From positions 58,406,001 through 58,470,000 of the forward strand of contig NC_086108.1 in NCBI RefSeq assembly GCF_963921235.1: a stretch of DNA of 64,000 nt. Direction: 5' to 3'. Below, piece by piece: positions 10,097-23,929 of the stretch; position 1 is the stretch's first letter; every line of letters starts with the position of its first letter. The position numbers and the translations under genes are program-made. The DNA comes from Mobula hypostoma. Its lineage: Eukaryota. The notes beneath the pieces were generated by a model. It did not search any database and was not told where the DNA came from. It saw only the letters and a program-made list of their open reading frames with translations.

Positions 10097-12129
10097 AAAC
10101 CATAGAAACCATAGAAACTACAGCACAGAAACAGGCCTTTTGGCCCTTCTTGGCTGTGCCGAACCATTTTCTGCCTAGTCCCACTGACCTGCACACGGAC
10201 CATATCCCTCCATACACCTCCCATCCATGCATCTGTCCAATTTATTCTTAAATGTTAAAAAAGAACCCGCATTTACCACCTCGTTTGGCAGCTCATTCCA
10301 TACTCCCACCACTCTCTGTGTGAAGAAGCCCACCCTAATGTTCCCTTTAAACTTCTCCCCCCTCACCCTAAACCCATGTCCTCTGGTTTTTTTTTCTCCC
10401 CTTGCCTCAGTGGAAAAAGCCTGCTTGCACTCACTCTATCTATACCCATCATAATTTTATATACCTCTATCAAATCTCCCCTCATTCTTCTACGCTCCAG
10501 GGAATAAAGCCCTAACCTATTCAACCTTTCTCTGTAACTGAGTTTCTCAAGTCCTGGCAACATCCTTGTAAACCTTCTCTGCACTCTTTCAACCTTATTT
10601 ATATCCTTCCTGTAATTTGGTGACCAAAACTGAACACAATACTCCAGATTCAGCCTCACCAATGCCTTATACAACCTCATTATAACATTTCAGCTCTTAG
10701 ACTCAATACTTTGATTAATAAAGGCCAATGTACCAAAAGCTCTCTTTACGACCCTATCTACCTGTGACGCCACTTTTAGGGAATTTTGTATCTGTATTCC
10801 CAGATCCCTCTGTTCCACTGCACTCCTCAGTGCCTTACCATTAACCCTGTATGTTCTACATTGGTTTGTCCTTCCAACATGCAATACCTCACACTTGTCA
10901 ATATTAAACTCCATCTGCCATTTTTCAGCCCATTTTTCCAGCTGGTCCAAGTCCCTCTGCAGGCTCTGAAAACCTTCCTCACTGTCTACTACACCTCCAA
11001 TCTTTGTATCATCAGCAAACTTGCTGATCCAGATCATTGATATAGATGACACATAACAATGGACCCAGCACTGATCCCTGTGGCACACCACTAGTCACAG
11101 GCCTCCACTCAGAGAAGCAATTCTCTACCACCACTCTCTGGCTTCTTCCATCGAGCCAATGTCTAATCCAATTTACCACCTCTCCATGTATACCTAGCGA
11201 CTGAATTTTCCTAACTAACCTCCCATGCGGGACCTTGTCAAAGGCGTTACTGAAGTCCATGTAGACAACATCCACTGCCTTCCCTTCATCCACTTTCCTG
11301 GTAACCTCCTTGAAAAACTCCAATAGATTGGTCAAATATGACCTACCACACACAAAGCCATGTTGACTCTCCCTAATAAGTCCCTGTCTATCCAAATGCT
11401 TGTAGATTCTGTCTCTTAGTACTCCCTCCAATAACTTACCTACTACCAACATTAAACTTACTGGCCCATAATTTCCCGGATTACTTTTCGATCCTTTTTT
11501 AAAAAACGGAACAACATGAGCCACTCTCCAATCCTCCGGCACCTCACCTGTAGACAGCGACATTTAAAATATTTCAGCCAGGGCCCCTGCAATTTCAACA
11601 CTAGTCTTCTTCAAGGTCCGAGGGAACACCCTGTCAGGTCCCGGGGATTTATCCACTTTAATTTTCCTCAAGACAGGAAGGACCTCCTCCTTTTCGATCT
11701 GTACAGTTTCCATGATCTCACTACTTGTTTCCCTTAATTCCATAGACTTCATGCCAGTTTCCTTAGTAAACACAGACGCAAAAAACCTATTTAAGATCTC
11801 CCCCATTTCCTTTGGTTCCACACATAGCCGACCACTCTGATCTTCAAGAGGACCAATTTTATCCCTTACAATCCTTTTGCTCTTAATATACCTGTAAAAG
11901 CTCTTTGGATTATCCTTCACTTTGACTGCCAAGGCAACCTCATGTCTTCTTTTAGCCCTCCTGATTTCTTTCTTAAGTATTTTCTTGCACTTCTTATACT
12001 CCTCAAGCACCTTATTTACTCTCTGCTTCCTATACACGTCATACAACTCTCTTCTTCTTTATCAGAGTTGCAATATCCCTTGAGAACCAAGGTTCCTTAT
12101 TCCTATTCACCTTGCCTTTAATCCTGACA
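10097..12129 (-). mobile_element. CR1 LINE, 5'-truncated ORF2 (RT)
   Basis: [34 protein letters not shown] and KFADDTK motifs; (CTATGGTTT)n tail. Confidence 0.92.
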
Positions 12130-13280
12130 GCATCTGACCTGGACGGTGTACATGGCTGATTACTTAACACCTGTGCTAATCAACTAGCTGGACTGTTCAC
12201 TGAGAACTTTAACCTCTTGCTTCAGTAGTCTAAGGTACCCACCTGCTTTAAGCAGGCTTCAATTATATTGGTGCCCAAGAAGAACATGGTAACCTGCTTC
12301 AATGACTATCATGCAGTAGCATTTAAATCCACTGCCTTGAGTAGTTTTCATGAAGCACAACAACTCATGCCCGAGGAGCGACTTAGATGCTCTCCAATTT
12401 GCCTACCATCACACCAGATCCACAGCAGATGCCATTTCACTGGCTCTTCATCAGCGCTGGTACACCTGGACAGTGATGATGCCCTTAAAACTAATTATTA
12501 AGCTCCAAGACCTAAGTGTCAATACCTCCTCTTCCATTCTTGGCTCCTGTTAGGATAGGCCCGTGTGTGCCAAAGATCGCTCTGATCTCATCATAAAGTT
12601 CACAGGTTTCTAAATCTCATGCTCTTTCCACCTACTTTCTTTAAAATAAAGGTCATGGGGTCTCTATTGGCCTTCAGATGCCTCAGAATGGCAAGGTTTT
12701 CTCCCTCAGAATACCCATTTGTGGTTAATTAGCTCATGGATTTTCATCAACAAGACTTAACATTTTCTGACTGATAAAATGTCAATTACACTGTAGTACA
12801 GTATACAGACACCCTGGACACAGTAGACAGTCATCTTTACAGGGTGCTAGATGGCTTCAACAATAACTTTCTTATGGTACAGCTATTTGAGGCCAGGGTG
12901 ATTGATATTACAGAGTAGGTTGGGTGCTGATCAGAATCTAATGGGAAAAATTACACAAAGCTCCAGAGGGATTTTCTGAGGGGATAGGGCTTACAATATA
13001 CAAAAAAAAGTATAAGGCACCAATAGTTTAACCAGAACCTCACTGCCATAGTAGAAATTTTGAATACTAGAAGGTATGCACTTAAGGCAAGAGGGAAAAG
13101 ATTAAAAAGTTTGGAAGGTACATTGTTTTTTTTTAAATAAACAAAGTGGTAGGTGCATGGAACAGGCAACCAGGACTACCCATAGTAGTCAATATGACAG
13201 TAGCAAGTTATGGAGCAGGCAAGCATAGTCATTCCAGAATATTTTCAACCAGTATATACTTATGTAATGAAGGAAATATT

Positions 13281-13430
13281 GAAATGAGATAGACATTGAA
13301 AATCAAAACAGCAGACACTGGAAATATAAAATTAAATAAATACTGAGTATTAATAAGGATTTCAGCTCAAAACCTCTTATTTTATATTCCTAGTGTCTGC
13401 TATTTCGATTTTCAATGTCTCCCTCATTCC
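13281..13430. repeat. 50-bp inverted repeat with 50-nt spacer
   Basis: 13281-13330 against the reverse complement of 13381-13430: 43/50 identical. Confidence 0.8.
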
Positions 13431-14442
13431 ATGCACCTACCCTCCATAAATGCTGCCTGACTTGAGTTCCTCCAGTATTTTGGGCATTGCTTAACATTTC
13501 CAGCATCGGCAGATCTAGTTTTTATTAGAGGCATCAAACATTTTAGAGATAAGCTACTCGGCACCAAATGTCCTGTTTCGCAAACTTAAACAAAGAACAA
13601 AGGGTCAAAAGTCAAAGGTTCATTTATTATCAAAGTACGCAACTCTGAAATTCTTCTTCTCCAGATAGCCATGAAACCAAGAAGAATGGCAGCGTGATCA
13701 TCAATCCCTCAAACCCCTCTTCCTGCACAAAAAAAAGAAAAATTGTACAGGCATATCAACCCCTAAATCCCCCTCCCTACACACAGAAAAATGAGAAAGA
13801 TCGGGTGAAAAACACTGAATACAAAAAAACCCACAAGACTGAGAAAAAAAAAGTCCACAGTCCAAGTCCACATCCAAAATGCAGAAAACCTGGGAAACAT
13901 TCTCCCTCTCTGTAACAGAGCAATTTTACCAGTGATAAAAAGGCAGTTTCCCTTCTCTGTATCAGAGTGAGCTCACCAGCAATAAAAAGGCAAGTAGCTG
14001 GCGTTTCAATCTCCCCCATCGCTTTAATTGGTGAACAAAGGAAGCTTTAATCAGCAAAATGGAGTCAAACACTGGCTCACAGTCTTCCTGCCACAAGGTT
14101 CCTGCATGATGTCTCTGCCTCCTGGAATCCACTCAGAGGCCACAGAGGACTGAAACACTCAAACGATTGCCAAATTGCAAATTCCAGGCTCCAGCAGTTC
14201 CAGAATCACATCGATGAAAAAAAAACATAAAAGACAAAGTAGTGAAATATATAGTTTCATAATCTATCCAGAAGATGTCAACTAAAGGAACATTGTCAGC
14301 AGCGAGATCCCAATGAGTTTTCTGGCCACCTAGCCTCACGAGAAATGGTCATGATCACATTTCATGGGCTGTCAATCAGCTGCCAGGTATAATCATTGTA
14401 TCTATAAAACTTACAAGATACGTTTTCTAATACTTGCCAGTT

Positions 14443-17230
14443 AGAACACAGAAACAGAAAACCTACAGCACAATACAGCCCTTCGCCCCACAAAGTTGTG
14501 CCAAACATGTCCCTGCCTTAGAAATTACTAGGCTTATCTATAGCCCTCTATTTTTCTAAGCTCCATGTACCTGTCCAAAAATCTCTTAAAAGACCCTATC
14601 GTATCCACCTCCACCACTGTTGCCGGCAGCCCATTCCACACACTCACCACTCTCTGCGTTAAAAAGAAAACTTACCCCTGACATCTCCTCTGTACCTACT
14701 CCCCAGCACCTTAAACCTGTGTCTTCTTGTGGCAACCATTTCAGCTCTGGGAAAAAGCCTCTGACTATCCACACGATCAATGCCTCTCATCATCTTATAG
14801 ACCTCTATCAAGTCACCTCTCATTCTCCATCACTCCAAGGAGAAAAGGCCGAGTTCACTCAACCTATTCTGATAAGGCATGCTCCCCAATCCAGGCAATA
14901 TCCTGGTAAATCACCTCTGCACCCTTTCTATGGTTTCCACATCCTTCCTGTAGTGAAGAGACCAGAACTGAGCACACTACTCCAAGTAGGCTCTGAGCAG
15001 GGTCCTATATAGCTGTAACATTACCTCTCGGCTCCTAAATTCAATTCCACGATTGATGAAGGCCAATACACTGTATGCCTTCTTAACCACAGAGTCAACC
15101 TGCACAGCTGCATTCGGTGTCCTATGGACTCGGACTCCAAGATCCCTCTGATCCTCCACACTGCCAAGAGTCTTACCATTAATACTATATTCTGCCATTA
15201 TATTTGACCTACCAAAATGAACCACTTCACTTATCTGGGTTGAACTCCATCTGCCACTTCTCAGCCCAGTTTTGTATCCTATCAATGTCCCACTGTAACC
15301 TCTGACAGCCCTCCACACTATCCATAACACCTCCAACCTTTGTGTCATCACCAAACTTACTAACCCATCCCTCCACTTCCTCATCCAGGTCATTTATAAA
15401 GATCATGAACGGTAAGGGTCCCAGAACAGATCCCTAAGACACTCCACTGGTGACCGACCTCCATGCAGAATATGACCCTTCCGTGGGCAAGCCAGTTCTG
15501 GATCCACAAAGCAATGTCCCCTTGGATCCCATGCCTCCTTACTTTCTCAATAAGCCTTGCATGGGGTACCTTATCAAATGTCTTGCTGAAATCCATATAC
15601 ACTACACCTACTGCTCTTACTTCATCAACATGTTTAGTCACACCCTCAAAAAAATTCAATCAGGCTCGTAAGGCATGACATGCCCTTGACAAGGCCATGC
15701 TGACTATTCCTAATCACATTATACCTCTCCAAATGTTCATAACTCCTGCTTCTCAGGATCTTCTCCATCAACTTAACAACCACTGAGGTAAGGCTCACTG
15801 GTCTACAATTTCCTGGGCTATCTCTACTCCCTTTCTTGAATAAAGGAAAAACACCTGCAACCCTCCAATCCTCCAGAACCTCTCCCATCCCCATTGATGA
15901 TGCAAAGATCATTGCCAGAGGCTCAGCAATCTCTTCCCTTGCCTCCCACAGTAGCCTGGGGTACATCTCATCCGGTCCCAGTGAGTTAACCAACTTGATG
16001 CTTTCCAAAAGCTCCAGCACATCCCCTTTCTTAATATCAACATGCTCAAGCTTTTCAGTCTGCTGCAAGTCATCACTACAATCACCAAGATCCTTTTCCA
16101 TAGTGAATACTGAAGTATTCATTAAGTACCTCTGCTATTTCCTCCAGTTCCATATATACTTTCCCACTGTCACACCTGATAGATCCTATTCTTTTACGTC
16201 TTATCCTCTTGCTCTTCACATAATTGTAGAATGCCTAGGGGTTTTCCTTAATTCTGCCCCCCAAGGCCTTCTCATGGCCCCTTCTGGCTCTCCTAATTTT
16301 CTTAAGCTCCTTCCTATTAGCCTTATAATCTTATAGATCTCTAACATTACCTAGCTCTCTGAACCTTTTGTAGGCTTTTCTTTTCTTGACTAGATTTATT
16401 ACAGCCTTTGTGCACCACAGTCCCTGTACCCTACCATAAATTCCGTCTCATTGGAACGTACCTATGCAGAACTCCACACAAATATCCCACGAACATTTGC
16501 CACATTTCTTCCGCACTTTTCCATGAGAACATCTGTTTCCAACTTAAGCTTCCCATTTCCTGCCTGATAGCTTCATAATTCCCCTTACTCCAGTTAAACA
16601 CTTTTCTAACTTGTCTGTTCCTATCTCTCTCCAATGCTATTGTAAAGGAGATAGAACTATGATCACCATCTCCAAAATACTCTCCCACTGAGAGATCTGA
16701 CACCTGACCAGATTCATTTCCCAATACCAAATCAAGTACAGCTCTCCTCTTGTAGGCTTATCTACATATTGTGTCAAGAAACCTTCCTGAACACACCTAA
16801 CAAACTCCACCCCATCTAAACCCCTTGCTCCAGGGAGATACCAATCAATATTTGGGAAATTAAAATCTCCCATTACAACAACTCTGTTATTATTACACCT
16901 TTCCAGGATCTGTTTCCCTATCTGCTCCTCGATATCCCTGTTACTCCTGGGCAGCCTATAAAAAGCACCCAGTAAAGTTATTGACCCCTTCCTATTCCTA
17001 ACCTCCACCCACAGAGACTCTGTAGACAATCCCTCCATGGCGTCCACCTTTTCTGCAGCTGTGACACTGTCTCTGATCCGCAGTGCCACGCCCTCACCTC
17101 TTTTGCTTCCCTCCCTGTCCTTTCTGAAACATCTAAAACCCAGCACTTGAAGTAACCATTCCTGTCCCTGAGCCATCTAAGTCTCTGCAACGGCCACCAC
17201 ATCATACCTCCACGTACTGATCCACGTTCT
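14443..17230 (-). mobile_element. CR1 LINE ORF2 (AP endonuclease + RT), frameshifted
   Basis: VVVMGDFNFPNIDW (endonuclease), YMDFSKTFDKVPH and other RT motifs spread across several frames. Confidence 0.92.
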
Positions 17231-18404
17231 TGCTCCTTCACTTGCCCTCACTCCTTTATAATGGCTATTTCCCCATCTTTCTATCCAGATGAAAGGGTTC
17301 AACCCTAAACATCAAATGTCCATGACCTTCCACGGACAATGCCTGACCTGCTGAGTTCCTCCACCAGTTTATTTTTTTGCTCCACATTAAAGCATTTGCA
17401 GTCTCGTATCTCTATGATAAGTTTTCTTTCTGGGAAAATTCTTCCCTGTAATATCCCTGAACTATGCTGTTCAAATAGTTATTGAGAGATAGAATAATTG
17501 CTTGTTTAATCTATGGCTCTACACCATGGCAAAGAAGTTCCAGTTGTCTGACTCTCAGCACTTGAAACCTTCAATCATTTTCTAGATTTGCCCAGCCCAT
17601 TTCATAAACATTTAAAAATCATATCGGAAAATGACACACACTATTGTGAAACAAAGCATTAAAATACCTGTATTGTAAAATCTTATGGCTGTCATAATTG
17701 AAAGACTTCATGATTACAAAAGATGTTACAATATAAAAGGTTAGCGATCCGTAAAGCATCAAATCTTCCTCTTACAAACTGTTAAAACTATGTTTCTGTC
17801 TGCAGTCCTAATTCATTTTTTCCAGACACTTACTCCAAGGATCATAAGTAGTTGGAATGGTGATGCCAAGATTCAAACAAATCACTAAGTTTACAATAAA
17901 GATCATATTATGCAAACCTAATTATAAGTATCTGTTACTACATTTCGAATCCAAACCATTATGAGAGGAATAAAAAGTTAGATTTAACTGAGCAATAAAG
18001 TCACTAGCCAATTCATCCTTATACTCAGTATTATGTGATGATTCCTGCTTTTGCAATTCTTTTTAATTGTCTTGACAAAAAACAACAACAATCCATCCTG
18101 CCTTAACCGGCATAAAGCATCACAAAATCTCACCAAACTCTTAAAGTGTGGAGCTGTTAGTTCATCAAACAAAAAAATGTAGTCAACAAATTCAGAAGAG
18201 CTGTGTCATCTTTTGAATTAATAGTCAAAAAATGTTTTTTGGAAAAAGTCAGTTAACAGCTTTAAAAAAAACAAATACACTTTACAGTAACTACTTTCAC
18301 TACTTAAATTACATGCGTGGTCAATTTTGAAAGCGCTCAACTTTGATAGCTAAATGAAGACTTAGAAGCTTTAAACAATTCAGAACCCAGTTGAAATATT
18401 AATG

Positions 18405-18850
18405 CTGCCAGATCTGGAGGACCCAAGTTACAAGGAAAGACTGAAAAAAGGTTGGGACTTCCTTGAAAAGTAAAAGATTGAGAGGAGATTTGATAAAGAT
18501 ATTCAAAATTATGAGGGGTATAGATAGGGTAAGTGAAAGCAGGCTTTTTCCACTGAGGTTGGGTGGGACTACAACTAGAAGTCATGGGTTAAAGGTGAAA
18601 GTGAAAAGTTTAAGGGGAACATGAGGGGAAACCTCTTCACTCAGAGGTCACTGAAAGTGTGGAACAAGCTGCTAGTGCAAGTTTGATTTCAACATTTAAG
18701 AGAAGCTTTGAATTGGTACATGGATGGTAGGAGTATGGAGGGCTATGGTCCAGGTGCAGGTAGAAGGGAGTAGGCAGTTTAAATGGCTCAGCATGGACAA
18801 TGGGCCGAAGGGCATGTTTCTATGCTGTACTTTTCTATAACTATGACTCT
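18405..18850 (+). mobile_element. CR1 LINE 3' end
   Basis: Decayed RGDLI..FKIMRGIDRV segment, GGGCCGAAGGGC hairpin and CTATAACTATGACT tail. Confidence 0.8.
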
Positions 18851-21027
18851 AAATGTACACAATAGATGTATATGTAAAAAGGACATGTTAACAAATGTAG
18901 AATATAGTGCTGACCTAGTTTAACTTGGTAGAGTACACCATTTCCAAAAAAATCATCAGAAGCCAAGTTGTAACCCACCTCAGGTAGCTGAGCTCTGACC
19001 CAGCTCAAAGAGAGAAGCAATGCAATCCTGTACTAACTGAGAAACTAATCTTTGGCATAATTACACGGAACAAAAACCAGGAAACTGCCGACAATCTGCT
19101 ACGAGAATGAAAGGAGCCTGGCATCCAGTGATGATAAACTATAGGGACTTCCAAATAGATAACGTGGGGAAGTGTGAAGTCATGCACTTTGATAAGAAAA
19201 GCAAAAGTCAGATTAATATTTAACTGGAGAGAAGTCTCTCCCCCTAATTTAGGGACAGTAACTGCACTGACCAAGGTGAGCAAGTTCGGAAAGACTGACT
19301 GGGTTTACAACATGTAGCATGTGAACCAACAGATGGGATAAAATCCTTGATCACACCCACAATTTACTGTAGCAAATATATCTATCCATGAAGTGTCCTC
19401 AAGGTGACAAAACCCTGTTTGCCACAAATGAATGTTGAATAAGGTGTTTTCCATTAGTCTTCACCAAGGAAGATTCAAATATGTGAAAGTGCATATATGA
19501 CTACATGAGCTAAACGATGAAAAACTGAGCTAAGCAATCTCAACCACAAGCACTACAACTACATTCATCCAGAAGTACTGAATAGCTGATCCCTCTTGGC
19601 TTCCTCCCAAGATCTCCACCATTACAGGAGCCAGAATCCAGCAATCCAATTGATTCCACATTATATCAAGAAATGGCTCAGATCACCAGATGCAGCAAAA
19701 ACTATGGAGCCATATAGCCATACAATATACCTGATGTGGTAATAAAAACTCTTTTTCTCCAGCGCCTCTAGGCAAGTTATTTCAGTACAAGGCACCTACC
19801 ACAGAACATGGAAAAATTACCAAAAATAGTCTGTCCACAAAAGCAGAAAATATCCAGCCCAAAGTACCAACCAATTAGTCTACTCTCAATAATAATATTG
19901 ACAGGAGATGCCATTGACAGTGCATGAAGCAGCAATTACTCACCAATAAGCTGCTTGCTGTTTTTTCGCAGAATTGTTTAGCTAGAAACCTCAATCAGCT
20001 TTACCCAAACACTAAGTGGGAGGGGGAGAGACACACACTGCGATATGTCGAAAACCATGTGAAACGCTAAGTCTTTAGGGTAACTGCAAGTCTGTGTCTT
20101 TGCTATTGCTTTGGTCACGCTTGAGTGCTCGGTGGCCGTGCCAATGTTTGCTTTTTTTTGCCAGTGGGGGGAGGGGGGATTGTTGCTCACTGCCGCTTAC
20201 GTGTGGGGGGGGGAGCTGGGGGGGTGGAGACATTGGGGTTCTAACATTTAATTGTCATTCATTCTTTGGGGCACACCTGTTTTTGTGGATGGTTGAGAAG
20301 AAAAAGCATTTCATGGTGTATATTTTATACATTTCTCTGACAATAAATTGTACCTTTGAAATGGTACCGCAGCATAAAAGCCAGGACCAGCAGGCTCCAG
20401 GACAGCTTCTTCCACCAGGCCATCAGACTGATTAACTCACACTGATTTGAGTGCATTTCTATGTTACATTGACTGTTCTATTTATTATAAATTACTATGA
20501 TTGCTCATTGCACATTTAGATGGAGACATAATGTAAAGTTCTTTACTCATGTATGTGAAGGATGTAAGAAATAAAGTCAATTCAATTATTGACAAACTTA
20601 AATTAGTGGTATCAAAATTGATGATTTCAACTGAATGCAATATAGGAAGCAACTGGATCAAGTGTTTCACAAGAGCCATTCTACTACATTAAAAAAAAAC
20701 TACATTTAAGTCAATTGATAAGAATTAAATCTTCTTAATTCTATGTATTAAAATTAACATAAAAGTAAATACAAAACATTGAAGGCTTATCTTATACTCA
20801 AAATTCTACAAATAATGGTTGCAGTTCATTCAAGTACAATGAAAATTGCAGAAATCCTACATTTTTTGCTAAAAATGTAATTATTCCATCAAGATCCAAT
20901 GTCTTGAAACTTGAAAAATGAGTCATCCAACAGCACATCAAATGTTGACACAATCCAGCCTTCACCTGAATGTTCAATAAAAAGTGCAACCTCATTGATA
21001 AAGAGATGCTGAAACAAAAGTACATAC

Positions 21028-21069
21028 CTTTGTGCCCTAACATCACAGCAAGGTGCAAGGGTGTGTTTC
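21028..21069 (-). CDS. ANKRD13C: ANKRD13C coding exon 2 (42 nt)
   Basis: tgtcttttcag|GA AAC ACA CCC TTG CAC CTT GCT GTG ATG TTA GGG CAC AAA G|gtatgt encodes (G)NTPLHLAVMLGHK(E), an ankyrin TPLH motif in frame with exons 1 and 3. Confidence 0.95.
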
Positions 21070-21184
21070 CTGAAAAGACAAGATGCAGAAACAGAGATAT
21101 AGAAAATTGTCAGCAACATACTAAGTTTATTGATGCTATTAGTAACTACTGAGTTAAAATACCTGATAATAACTAAACTATTTA

Positions 21185-22128
21185 TAGTGGATTCTGGTGA
21201 ATTATGGCATTGGTTAATCAAGATAACTGCTTATTTGGGACAACTCTTTTAAAAAAAAAATTAATTGAGAAAATAGCTGGGATTCCCTTCATTTATTTGG
21301 GACACTATGCCATTTAAATGGGGCAGGAGACTACTGCCGAACAGTTTCTAACTAGCATCAGTCACGTGCACTTGTGTGACCATTAGACACTACACCATAC
21401 TTCAAGAGAACAGTTTTTAAAATACTATCAGTTGCGTGTGTGTTCAAAAAGCACCGATTTCTGTTACTGATACTGGGTGAGAAATAAGCAGTAAGACAAT
21501 TCAGGCAACACACGTAAAAATTGCTGGTGAACACAGCAGGCGAGGCAGCATCTATAGGAAGAGGTACAGTTGACGTTTCGGACCGAGACCCTTCGTCAGG
21601 ACTAACAAAGGGTCTCGGCCCGAATTGTCGACTGTACCTCTTCCTATAGATGCTGCCTGGCCTGCTGCACTCACCAGCAATTTTTATTTGTGTTACTTGA
21701 AATTCCAGCATCTGTAGATTTCCTCGTGTTTGCGTTTTTAAAGACAATTCAGAACTGTTTTGTTCACTGTGGTTTCAAACATTCAGGTTAGAGATGTCAG
21801 AAACAGCCAGACCTGAAACTGAAACAATTTTAGTACTTCAAGTTACAAGCTATGAAGAATTTGAAGGTATTGACAATCAAAAAGAATGTAGCAGCATACA
21901 CTGAATGAATTCCTTCCTTGATAAATATTACACACTAACTCTTATAGTACAGCAGTAGTACTGGTAGTGTTGTAATTTGTTCTGCATTTCATTTAAATAC
22001 ACATTTTGTTACTCAATTTGCCTTTTTTTAAAATATACCTTTCCAGGAAACTTCAGCTAATTGGGGTAACTGCTTAATAGGGTCAAAATGTACTGGTCCG
22101 ATGTGTCCCAATTAACCAGAATCCACTG
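21185..22128. mobile_element. pogo/Tigger-like non-autonomous DNA transposon
   Basis: TA-flanked TIRs TAGTGGATTCTGGTGAATT / AATTAACCAGAATCCACTG; interrupted by 21505-21740. Confidence 0.7.
21505..21740. mobile_element. Palindromic Penelope pLTR-derived element with hammerhead motif
   Basis: Inverted ~90-100 bp arms plus pLTR tail; exact 12-bp TSD aagacaattcag (21493-21504 and 21741-21752). Minus-strand core CTGACGA at 21599-21593 and GAAA at 21579-21576. Confidence 0.85.
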
Positions 22129-22310
22129 TATTTTAATCTTACTTTATCTGAAACAGAACATTAATGAAGCAGAATGAAATAAATTAAAACTTTTGCACTT
22201 TTAAAACAGTATTTTTCAAAAGGTACATAAGCAGAATTCTTTTGGTTTACTGTATATAAGTAAGAATTTTACTATGACAATTGTAATAGCATATTAAAAG
22301 AAACATTAAC

Positions 22311-23672
22311 ATAGAAACATAGAAAATAGGTGCAGGAGTAGGCCATTCGGCCCTTCGAGCCTGCACCGCCATTCAGTATGATCATGGCTGATCATCTAAC
22401 TCAGAACCCTGTACCAGCCTTCCCTCCATACCTCCTGATCCCTTTAGCCACAAGGGCCATATCTAACTCCCTCTTAAATATAGCCAATGAACTGGCCTCA
22501 ACTGTTTCCTGTGGCAGAGAATTCCACAGATTCACCACTCTCTGTGTGAAGAAGTTTTTCCTAATCTCAGTCCTAAAAGGCTTCCCCTTTATCCTCAAAC
22601 TGTGACCCCTCGTTCTGGACTTCCCCAACATCGGGAACAATCTTCCTGCATCTAGCCTGTCCAATCCCTTTAGGATTTTATACGTTTCAATCAGATCCCC
22701 CCTCAATCTTCTAAATTCCAACGCGTATAAGCCTAGTTCATCCAGTCTTTCATCATATCAAAGTCCTGCCATCCCAGGCATCAATCTGGTGAACCTTCTT
22801 TGTACTCCCTCTATGGCAAGGATGTCTTTCCTCAGATTAGGGGACCAAAACTGCACACAATACTCCAGGTGTGGTCTCACCAAGGCCTTGTACAACTGCA
22901 GTAGTACCTCCCTGCTCCTGTACTCGAATCCTCTTGCTATGAATGCCAGCATACCATTCGCCTTTTTCACCGCCTGCTGTACCTGCATGCCCACTTTCAA
23001 TGGCTGGTGTATAATGACACCCAGGTCTCATTGCACCTCCCCTTTTCCTGATCGGCCACCATTCAGATAATAATCCGTTTTCCTGTTTTTGCCACCAAAG
23101 TGGATAACTTCACATTTATCCACATTAAATTGCATCTGCCATGAATTTGCCCACTCACCTAATCTATCCAAGTCACCCTGCATCCTCTTAGCATCCTCCT
23201 CACAGCTAACACTGCCGCCCAGCTTCGTGTCATCCACAAACTTGGAGATGCTGCATTTAATTCCCTCATCCAAGTCATTAATATATATTGTAAACAACTG
23301 GTACCCCACTAGTCACTGCCTGCCATTCTGAAAAGGTCCCGTTTATTCCCACTCTTTGCTTCCTGTCTGCTAACCAATTCTCTATCCACATCAATACCTT
23401 ACCCCCAATACCGTGTGCTTTAAGTTTTCACACTAATCTCCTGTGTGGGACCTTGTCAAAAGCCTTTTGAAAATCCAAATATACCACATCCACTGGTTCT
23501 CCCCTATCCACTCTACTAGTTACATCCTCAAAAAATTCTGAGATTCGTCAGACATGATTTTCCTTTCACAAATCCATGCTGACTTTGTCCGATGATTTCA
23601 CCGCTTTCCAAATGTGCTGTTATCACATCTTTGATAACTGACTCCAGCAGTTTCCCCACCACCAATGTTAGG
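22311..23672 (-). mobile_element. CR1 LINE 3' portion (young subfamily)
   Basis: RT motifs and (TTTCTATG)n tail; near-identical to 55937-57330. Confidence 0.92.
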
Positions 23673-23929
23673 CGATGTTAACTATAGAAAACAAGTGTAG
23701 AGCAATTAGTGAAGGAGAGGCAGTACACTGTTAGGGCCAAGACCCTAACAGTGAAGGAATGAGATAGCAGTTATACTATCAAAGCAATGTCAAGAAAATA
23801 TTCATTGGTAAATTACCACAGCATTCAGGCTCCACTGATTTACTGATTTGTCAGGAAAGAAAATGAGTGACTTGGATAGGATTTTGCACATAGCTGTACC
23901 TCATGGATCCAGGAGATGTTAAACAGAGA

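Larger units (their letters stand above)
9110..12540 (+). mobile_element. Rex1/Babar LINE fragment interrupted by a putative solo LTR (9377-9752) and a CR1 (10097-12129)
   Basis: KKPWMNQE, VPKKNMVTCFNDY and DALQFAYHHTRSTADAISLALH segments are collinear across both interruptions. Confidence 0.7.
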
